DNA of 64,000 bases from Eledone cirrhosa (Eukaryota): contig OZ024743.1 in assembly GCA_964016885.1 (NCBI GenBank), forward strand, positions 295,058,001 to 295,122,000. The letters are read 5' to 3'. The position numbers and the translations under genes were made by a program. The notes under the pieces are model-generated. The model made no database searches and was not told the DNA's origin. It was given only the letters and a program-made list of their open reading frames with translations. Below are positions 53,897-64,000 of the stretch, piece by piece; positions within the stretch are counted from its first letter, which is position 1, and the number at the start of each line of letters is the position of its first letter.

Positions 53897-54735
53897 CATA
53901 AAACATGTCTATAGAATCACAAGATAAAATATATACTATTTCCTCTCCCAATTAGCAGAATTAACTATATAAAAAATCGAATAGACCAGGCTATACGAAT
54001 GAGGCTTCTATGAAGGAATCTCCAACAAATAACCAAAACTAGCGCTTCGCGTCGGCCTTAGTGGAATATTTATCGAATATTTCGACAGCGTAATCGCCTA
54101 CATACAGTCAACTAAGCAGAATTAGGTTTAAAATAAACTAGGAGAAAATAGAATACACTTAAAAACCTCTACCATGGTTTCGTCCGTGTTTTGAGTTATC
54201 CAATAATTATGTAATAATTATATAAACTCGAGCGCCGGATTCTTCAGGAAGCTCGCTCATATCTAGACATTAAATTTCCAAAACGACCGCGAATTTAATG
54301 TCTAGATATGAAGAATCTGGCGCTCGAGTTTATATAATTATTACATAATTATTGGATAACTCAAAACACGGACGAAACCATGGTAGAGGTATTTAAGTGT
54401 ATTCTATTTTCTCCTAGTTTATTTTAAACCTAATTCTGCTTAGTTGACTGTATCTAGGCGATTACGCTGTCGAAATATTCGATAAATATTCCACTACGGC
54501 CGACGCGAAGCGCTAGTTTTGGTTATTTGTTGGAGATTCCTTCATAGAAGCCTCATTCGTATAGCCTGGTCTATTCGATTTTTTATATAGTTAATTCTGC
54601 TAATTGGGAGAGGAAATAGTATATATTTTATCTTGTGATTCTATAGACATGTTTTATGATATATAGTTCTGATTGTTTAATTTATTAATTTTTCATTGAG
54701 CCAAAAAGTGACCAGTTGCAAAACACGTACATGTA
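53893..54735 (+). mobile_element. Palindromic HHR element (family C), ~380-bp near-identical arms with a 15-nt loop
   Basis: 53893-54276 is the reverse complement of 54292-54663; unique tail to ~54735; flanked by (TA)n. Confidence 0.9.
54165..54252 (-). ncRNA. Hammerhead ribozyme with long stem II
   Basis: Reverse complement reads gcttc-CTGAAGA-atccg...gagtt...aactc...cggac-GAAA-ccatgg-TA-gaggt. Confidence 0.8.
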
Positions 54736-54760
54736 TGTGTATGTATATATATATGTAAAC

Positions 54761-54799
<39 letters not shown>

Positions 54800-55064
54800 T
54801 AATTAATTTATCTATCCAACGCTTGCAAAATTATGGATGCTAAATAGAAAGGTTTAGTTCAGAGAAATTTTGAGTTTAATAAAAATACCTAGAAGCAACT
54901 ATTCTCTCTGTAGTAAGAAAGTGAAACCAATCAAGTCAATCTCTTTCTTCTCACAACTATGTAACATGATGCACGTTTCCCAATGTGTTTCAAAAGTGTG
55001 TGAGACACACAGTGCAGTCTTACATGCAAATATAATGTGCACGCCGTATATCATATTACGCATG

Positions 55065-55185
<121 letters not shown>

Positions 55186-55309
55186 TCATTTTATTATAGA
55201 AATAATTTCTACTGGAATAGAAGTGTTTTATTCATACTAAACCATCAGTAAAATTAATACCCCATTTGACATCGGCTTTCTACATATTATATACATGCAA
55301 ATCATACAT

Positions 55310-55399
<90 letters not shown>

Positions 55400-55670
55400 T
55401 TATTTATATACTACTACTACTACAGCTACTACTACTACTACTACTACTACTGCTACTACAGCTACTGCTGCTGCTACCGCTGCTACTACTACTACTAATC
55501 CTCTGTGATTGTGTTCTTGTCTGTAATTAATATAGCCAGAGCGGTGTATAATGTGAAAATACTTTGAAAGGAAGCGTCCATGACATGCGAATACAAATTG
55601 AATAAAACAAGTTTCCCGTAAATCCGAGTACAGGTCCCGAGATACGGGTTTTTTCCGCGTACCTCCATAA

Positions 55671-55754
<84 letters not shown>

Positions 55755-55859
55755 TAGTTGTGAGAAAGTGGATTGAAAGAGGGGCAGAGAGAGAGAGCGT
55801 GCTGTAAAAATTGTTTTTAAGTGAACATGAAATATGTCTGGAAAAAATATGTATTCCAC

Positions 55860-56960
55860 GGTAGCTGATGAACAGTGTGGCTTCCGTGGGAATACGGCCA
55901 AGAGGTGTATTTTTGATTTGGAGACCTCGAAAACGCACATAACCATGTTTCTCGGGACCTGCTTTGGAAGGAGTATGGGATCGATTGTCAGCTTACTGCT
56001 GCATTGATGTATCTATACGATTGCTTGCGTATCTATGTTCGGATAAATGGTGCTAAATGGTACCTATTCAAAGTGGGAGTTGGATTCTGCAAACGGTGCC
56101 TATTCTAACCCCTACTTTTCATTATTCTCATGAACGATTGACATGCGTAGCCGGGTTTGAAGTGGTTTCAAGACTAGCAGGTGCAAAACCACTCGGCTGG
56201 AATCTGCAGACAACATGGTGCTACTTAACTCGACAGGTGATTTCCGCCTTGATAATTTTTTTGCAGAGTTCTGCAGGGCTGGAAAGAAAATCAGTGCTGC
56301 GAAAATTGGGAGACTCTTCCTCTCAATGAAACTTGCGCAGTGCAAACTACATGTGAATAGAGTTACACAGAAGCAGCTGGATAGTTGAAGTATCACAGGG
56401 TCGTGTTCACAAGTGATGGGAAACAGTAGGCTGAATTAAGTGCAAAAATTGCATGAATTAGTGTTGTTTTGCGTCAATTCAGCATTCGGTAATCAAAAGA
56501 AGGGAGGTAGATGTCAAACCTAAACTCGCTATCCATAATTCGGTATTTGTGCCAACCCTTGATTATGTTCTTGAATCTTGTGTAATAACCTAAAGAATAC
56601 GATCACGAATACAAGTGGCCGAAATGAGGTTCCTCCGAAGGGTCTTTGGAGTAACGTTACTCGATAGTGCGGAGATCAGAGAGTCGCTCTAGTTTGAGCC
56701 GCTCCATACCCTAATTGAGAGCACACAGCTCCAATACCACGGGCAGATGGATAGAATGTCTCAGGAACGTATCACTGGAAGATTTTACAGGAAAAAACCA
56801 ACAGGCAGGAGACCAAGGGATAGTACCCGAGAAAGATGGTTGAATAACATTCATGAGCTGGGCAGGTCTCGCTTGGGGATACAGCTTGGGGATATAACTT
56901 GGATACTGTTGCTTCTCACAGGACCCTTTGGAACAATTGTTTGAGGACTCAGCCTCCAAG
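55860..56960 (+). mobile_element. Degenerate, internally deleted RTE-clade LINE fragment
   Basis: EQCGFR (55870), FVPTLDY..ES, RIQVAEMRFLRRVFGVT (56605-56655) and GRRPR....RW. Confidence 0.75.
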
Positions 56961-56962
56961 AA

Positions 56963-56965
56963 CTC

Positions 56966-57025
<60 letters not shown>

Positions 57026-57114
57026 AAGAAGAAAAAGAAGAAGAAGAAGAAGAAGAAGAAGAAGAAGAAGAAGAAGAAGAAGAAGAAGAAGAAGAAGAAG
57101 AAGAAGAAGAAGAA
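56963..57114. repeat. (TC)n-(GAA)n microsatellite
   Basis: Directly visible; source of the poly-E and poly-R ORFs. Confidence 0.95.
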
Positions 57115-57661
57115 TTTTACTTACTGACTAGAATAGAGGATTGTGAAATCACCCTTATGTGTATAATGGTTTTGTGAACCAAACAAACATATATTGAGCA
57201 TTAATACGTAATCAATTTTAGCAAAGAGCATATCAATATAAAATCTTAACAATATGTTGAAACTGGGAGGATAGTGATGGAAAATTGAAAAAACAAATCA
57301 TATTAAGAAACAGTACACCTTGTAAAAATAATGTTTTTATCAACTATCAACAAGTGATTTATCTAGATAAACAAAGTATGCAGTCAAGTAAAGAATAGTT
57401 CTATAAAAAACGAAAATGCAAGATATGGGAAATAGCAAACTAATATTTCTTTTAAAAGAAAAAAATGGGCCAAAAAAAATAAATAAATAAAACGAAACCA
57501 AGCATTATATATAACTAAACTTAAGTAATATGAGAGATTCCTATACGTCTGGGGAATATATTACAAGTTGATTATGTGGAAAAGTTTTTTTTACTGATAT
57601 CTTTTGTTAATCTGTGCAAATTATGCATATAGCCAATTTGTTGTTATTATTTATGTTATTG

Positions 57662-57843
57662 AGGGCGGTGGATTGGCAGTATCGGTAGAGAGTCGGACAC
57701 CATGCTTTGAAGTATAGAGTTACGTCCCTTTATGATCTGAGTTCAAATCCCGCCAAGGGTAACTTTGCCTTTCATCCTTACGGGGTCGATAAAATAATAC
57801 TGGGTAATTGCTGGCCTTGTGCCTAAAATAGAAACAATTATTT
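57662..57843 (+). mobile_element. SINE copy
   Basis: gggcggtggattggcagtatcggtagag...gagttcaaatcccgcc. Confidence 0.9.
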
Positions 57844-58099
57844 ATGTTATAGTTATTATTACATTTGCGGTTTCCTGTATGCATCGTTAGGATTACGTCT
57901 TTTTTTGCTATTGCTTCTTCAAGGAATTAATATTTTGGTAATTATAAGTATGCATTCTATTGGACATCAACATAGTTTGGGATGGAAAATATTCGTGCCC
58001 TTTTCCTTCAAATCCATCCATACTCCTCATAATTTTCCTTATCTTGTGTCATTTATCGATGAAATGCAGCACCAATCACGTACAGGGGAGATGCAATCG

Positions 58100-60100
58100 G
58101 TATTCACTTCCCCACATATTCTTGGTCTTGCGAGTAAATTAGACATCATGATTGGCAGCTAGTGAGCTTCCTATCGCTCGCGGCAAATTCCAGTCGCACA
58201 ACGTAATAGGCGGCCAGAAAACCACACTTCTGTTCTATACAGTATTGTTGGAAGGTTTGAAAACGACAGACAGCGGCTCTGGGAGGGGAAAAGGACAGTA
58301 GGGGCACTACTAGTTTGAGACAAGCTCCACAGTAACAAGTTGCCAACGGCTCCACTTCTACGAGATGCACGCAGAGCGATGACATCCTCTTGCGTGCTAT
58401 TATCCTATGCCCGTCCATTACATGTTTGTGAGCTTGTGTCAAACTACTGCTATCACATTAAATACAGATGCGGCTGTCAGCTGGGTCTATAATAATGATT
58501 GAACTGCTAGCTTTCTTTAGTAAGCACGCCCGGTAATTTATCCTGTGTCTGGTAAATATGGCTAAATGAGTTGTTTGTTGAACTCGTGTAAAAACGTTGA
58601 TGTAAGAATTTTCCTCTCCGGCCAAATCCTCATCAAGTTCTTCAATTTTCTTTTCAAGAGAATTGTGAGGATATAGAGGGATGTGTTGCATTCTGGTGTG
58701 TTTTATAAGAAAAATGTGAGAGCGGCGAGATTGACATGGATGAATCGGCCGACTCAGAGTATCCTTTTCTAAGCAGGCGAAAATAAACCGTGAGTCAACA
58801 GAGTAATCTGGAGTTTTGCGAGTGTTCTCCCAAGAATTACTGTAAAAGGCACTCTACCGCCATAGGTGTACTACCCCTAGATTACATTCCTTATTTTATT
58901 CGATTGATACCATGAATATATATGTTTTTAAATTTCTGTTATTGCTCTTTAGTCCGGACATCGGAGGCTGTATCGTTGCAATGTACAATTGGTATCTGCT
59001 CTGTGTTCAGAGTAAATGGTCACCTATCGGAACCGTTTCAGATCACGCCCTCGGTAGTTCAACGATACCGTCTCTCCTCTCTTTGTATGTGCTGACTCTC
59101 AAGCTATTACTATGGAAGTTGAAGTTGTTGTAGGACATGGGCCGGTGTAGTTGTTCGCTTTTGGGTTCGGTTCGGACCTCCAGGTGGACAAGAGGTCGGC
59201 CGTCGTATTGAGGCTGGTAGTCATGCATACATCGCATCCACCATATTTATCAGCTTACATTCATGGTTTGTCCCCGTCTGCGTCTCGCTCAATAGGAGCG
59301 TTAGTACATTTATTCCTCTCGAAAGGGACAGGTTCCACTAGTCAAGCGGTCTTTATTCTGCGATCACCCACTACGTGGAGGGCTGGGCATACCGTGACGG
59401 ATGATGGATAAACATGTGCAGAGTATAAGTCATTTGCAGATATTCCTTGAAGATGTGCGGTCGCCGTTATCTTTTTCCAGTTGCAGCTCGTCTCTTTGAC
59501 TGAACTTTAGTTCTGGCTTAAGCGAAATCCAAAACAGGTCGACTGGCATTTCAAATATTGCCAGGCGTTCACAAACATCTACCAATTTGGTCATGTGGTC
59601 AGTGGAAATTCCACGTTAACGTCCTATTGAAGACTGATGGCGAACAAGGACGACAACGGGGTTGTTGAAACTCAAAGCTTTGACTGAATGGACTAAACAG
59701 TCTGGTCTGTTGTGGAGGACTTTCAGTACGGAGCCTATGGATAGGTTCTAGAAATTCCTGGTAGTACACTTCGTTAGTATTGCCAGACCAGAAGTTGTGT
59801 AATTGGCGCGAGTGAAAGGACTGAAGACAGACGTTTTCCTCTTCGGTCAAGCTCTCATCTACTTTTTCAAGTTCCACTTGGAAGGGAAAGTCAGATTGGA
59901 AATAGTGCTCCCCACCCAGCTTATTTATGTAACGTGGGTTGAATATAGCGAGGATGGCCTGAGTGAATGTGCTTACTCTGAATTGGATTACTGAAGAAAG
60001 TGGGAACACCATTCTACGGTACACTTGGTGTTTAGTGTGGTTTCGGATCGGTGTGGTTCTTAAATTAAGCTAGTGTGATTTTTCCCCTATTGTGAAATAC
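58100..60100 (+). mobile_element. Highly degenerate L1/Tx1 ORF2 remnant
   Basis: ttcggttcggacctccaggtggacaaga (59165) and RVKGLKTDVFLFGQALIYFFKFHLEGK (ORF 59803) match the Tx1 copies upstream. The 5' boundary is uncertain. Confidence 0.7.
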
Positions 60101-60104
60101 ATTT

Positions 60105-60489
60105 TCAGTTCAAACTCCGTAGAGGTTAGCTTTGCCTTTCCTCCTTACGGGGTCGATAAAATAAAGTACCAGTAATGCACTGGGGTCGATTTAATCGACT
60201 TTCCTCTCCCCCCAAAATTGCTGACCTTGTACTTATAGTAGAAATCATCATTATAATAATTATTATCATAAATATTTTAAGGGCGGTTGTTTGGCAGTAA
60301 TGATAGAGCATCGGACACCCTGCTTCGCAGCATAGAGTTACGTCCCTTTACGCTTTGAGTTAAAATCCCGCTGAGGTTGACTTTACCTTTGATTCACCGG
60401 GGTCGTTAACATAAAGTACCAGTAAGCACTAGGGTCGATTTAATCGTCATTTCCCCTCCCCTCAAACTGCTGGTCTTGTGCCTATTATT
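60105..60489 (+). mobile_element. Two tandem SINE copies
   Basis: B-box and central domain at ~60108 and ~60357. Confidence 0.88.
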
Positions 60490-62281
60490 TTTCTTGATTT
60501 CTAGTGCATGAGATTTTTACACTGTTTCGAGCTTAGATTTCTGTGCTGATTTCAAATTTGAAATTAGTTTTGCTCTATATGCTTTTCATGAGTTAACGTC
60601 ATCTGAAAATGAAAGATGCGAACAATATCACGAAAATGATGTCGAGGTTGAAGAAATAAGTTCAGAATTGAAATAGCACTCTTAAACCGAGGAGTCAAAT
60701 TCTCAACAGTTTAACCAACCAGAACTGAATGAATTAGTACGTAATCTGGGGCTCTCCAAGAATGTAGCTGAAGAGTTATCCTCCAGGCTATAAGAAAAGC
60801 ATCTACTTGATTAAACTGCGAAAGTTTCCTATTTCCGAAAGCGGGACCAGATTTGTGTGTCTTATTTTTCAGAAGTGAAATATTTGCTTTTCTGCCACGA
60901 TATTCCCGGTCTTCCCCAGGTATTAGACATTCCATCTTACAATTTAACTAAGAGGTAATTATATCTATATAGCTCTTAGCGCAGCCGAACGTGTGTTCTC
61001 CTGCCAAATAGCAATGTTTATGGGGCTGTTCCAGTTGGTTACTCAGTGCATTTATGAGAAGAATATAATGACATAAAAATTGTTATTGACACACTCAAAC
61101 ACTTGTGTTGACTTGAAAATGGTAACTTCCTCCTCGGTCAAACAAAAAGGTTTAATACAGTATGCTTACTCTCTCTGCATGTGGGGCAGCCGATCTCAAG
61201 AGAAACACTGGATCCAGAAGGACTGGCCCATCCTTGGCATGCCAAATATTGTTAATGCTCCAATCGTCAGTCGGGATAAGATTCCCACCACTCCATATCA
61301 AGCTGGGCCTGATGAAGCAGTTTACGAAAGCAGTTTACGAATAATGATGGTGAATGTTTTCAACATATAGTCTCTGTATTCCCTGCTTTGGCTTTCAAGC
61401 AGTTTAAAACAGGTGTGTTTGATTGACCTTAGATTCGTGCCTCTGTGTGTGATGAGGAATTTATCGGAAATATGAATGACAAGGAAAGGGCAGCATGGCT
61501 GTGATTCGTAGCAGTTACACACAATTTCTTTGGGAACAGAAAAGCAGAAGGTATGAAATTCTTGTAACTAACATGTTGTCAGCTTTTCATGATCTTGGGA
61601 GTAAAATGTGTGTCAAACTCATTTGCTGCATAGTCACCTTGATCAATTTCCTGAGAATATCGGGGATGTTAGTGGTGAGCATGGAACGTGCTTCCATCAG
61701 AACCATGGAAGAACGGTACCAAGGCAGATGTGACAAAAATATGATGGCACACTACTGTTAGAGTACTATGCGTGATTGCCCTGGGAAATCCACAAACGCA
61801 ACAGCTACAAGCGCAAATTCTTGCCTGAGTAAAATCTATTTTTGTTTTGCCTTCAATGTTATTCCGTTTCTGACCTAGCTACCTATTAATTCTATATAAT
61901 GTATATTTTGCACTGAAAAACAGTACACGCACTTATAACGGAATTACGTTTCTGTATTGGAAAATGGTAACATTTATTGGAATATTAAATATTACTTTCT
62001 TAGCCTAATTCTTATTTTGGTGTACTAACTCGTATTTATGGTTAGATCTAGAACTTCAATGCAAAGATATTTGTTTTTCACCTATGATGAAGATGGTATA
62101 ACCATAAAATGTTCAGATGGATTGCTTCTTCATACGAGAAACTGAAAATATAAAAAAAACACTTAATTGCAAAAACATTGGAGCTATCAGAGGAAAACTA
62201 AATTCATATTTGAATTCAGCACACTCAAATTAGGTAACAGCAAGTGTCAGTATCAATGACCAAAATTGTTGTTGACCAGTG
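60490..62281 (+). mobile_element. Decayed Chapaev3 (CMC)-like DNA transposon
   Basis: Transposase remnants: FNQPELNELVRNLGLSK, FCHDIPGL, CVDLKMV, PPLHIKLGLMKQF, HSHLDQFPEN.GDVSGEHG, MEERYQGR. The right end reads CACTGGTCAACAA inward. Subterminal inverted repeat tgtgctga(t/a)ttcaaat.tgaa.ttagtttt at 60543 and 62194-62223. The left tip is missing. Confidence 0.7.
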
Positions 62282-62307
62282 TTATTATCATCGTCATAAA
62301 TATTTTA

Positions 62308-62533
62308 AGGTAGGCTGTTTGGCAGTAACAGTAGCGCGTCGAACAACATACTTTACAGCGGATAGGTAAAGCCATTTACAATCTGAGTTTACATCACACT
62401 AATGTTAGCTTTGCCTGTCAACTTTACGGAGTCGATAAAATGAAGTACCAGTAATGCACTGTGTCGACTTAATTGATCCTCCATTTCCATTGAAATATCT
62501 GGTCTTGTGTCTGAATCAGAAAACATTAATACT
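62308..62533 (+). mobile_element. Diverged SINE copy
   Basis: ttggcagtaacagtagcgcgtc...gtcgataaaatgaagtaccagtaatgcactg. Confidence 0.8.
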
Positions 62534-63092
62534 ATTTTGATATCTAGTTCCAAGTTATTATTCTCTGTTCACATAGGCTCGGTAAAGTATTTTACATGGA
62601 TATAGTAGCCATCTGCCATTGACTCAATACTGTATAGGCTCCCATTTAAAAGTTTTGGCTGTGAGCATAGTCGAGAGAAAATTGATATTTTAATACTTTT
62701 ACTACGATGATTACTTTTCTATTAAAAAACAACTGAAAGAAAATAATGACATTTTTTCTTGTTTTTCGTCTTAAGAAATAAATTCAATGGTTTGTAAGGA
62801 AATGGTTGGGGAACAACAGTAAAAGATATAGCGAAAATTATGTGTAATATTAAAAATAGCAAACAAATCTAAAAAATAATACATTTCAAAATATGTTTCC
62901 AAGCTAATGACCCACAAGAGGTTTATATATATATATATACACACACATACACATAAACATATATATATATATATATATGTATTTATAAGAGTGTGTGCCT
63001 TTGTGTTGAGTGTGTGAGTTTGCTCGTGTATGTATGTGTATATATATATATATACGTATATACGTATATATATAAGGAAGGCGATACATATA

Positions 63093-63466
<374 letters not shown>

Positions 63467-64000
63467 GAAATCTATAATTTTAAGCTAGGGTAGTATAATA
63501 TTTTATCTTTACATATTGTAAAGATACCAACAGGCGATATTTATGATGAGATTGTTAAATGCTGAATCTATTTAGGTTGACTATACGTAATACTTTGTGA
63601 AGTGTGGGTAAAAATATACATTTATCTGTGTGCGTACCTTAAATATATGCCATAGTATTTCTGACTATATATATATATACAAGTGTAAAAAAGGGAAAAG
63701 GAGACACTCTATTTCATACTGTGCTGGCAATTATAGAAATTATTCAGGAAACAATGAATCCGTTAATCGCTTACTTATGTCAGATTTATAAAATCTCGTA
63801 TATCCTGCATGATGTGTGTGTGTATATATATATATATGGAGAATAGGGTGATTGTGTATTTGCTAGATAAGTTAGGCTTAAAAATAAAAATAAGAATAAG
63901 AAGAAATGAAGAACGAGGGAGGGGGGCGTTCCTCATCAGTAGTCTACTGGGGTTCTCGGATAATTCTACGCTTTAAAGACAATATATCTATCCCCAGAAC

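Overview
AT-rich eukaryotic (non-prokaryotic) intergenic or intronic DNA, probably from an octopod cephalopod; this is inferred from a tRNA-derived SINE resembling the common Octopus SINE and from the dense (TA)n/(CA)n/(TC)n/(ATT)n microsatellites. No host protein-coding exon can be supported. Most short ORFs in the track are microsatellite read-throughs or antisense shadows of retroelement ORFs. The window consists of decayed transposons: a 16-kb nest of L1/Tx1-clade LINEs (28.0-43.9 kb), R4/Dong-like RLE retrotransposons, RTE and Vingi-like fragments, about 14 SINE copies, a Chapaev3-like DNA transposon, and two Naiad-type Penelope-like elements (PLEs; RT + GIY-YIG). The most striking signal, read by eye, is about 20 complete or partial hammerhead ribozyme (HHR) motifs from at least 8 sequence families, nearly all in non-coding elements embedded in (TA)n tracts. 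Their architectures are fold-back palindromes, a 1.4-kb direct-repeat (LTR-retrozyme-like) element with a pseudoknotted internal domain, a ~145-nt tandem array with a U3-A8 variant core, and a ~450-nt unit with a circularly permuted junction. A second signal is a 3' tail and (ATT)n target shared by the SINE and the Tx1-like LINE. All family assignments come from remembered motifs, not database searches, and boundaries are approximate.
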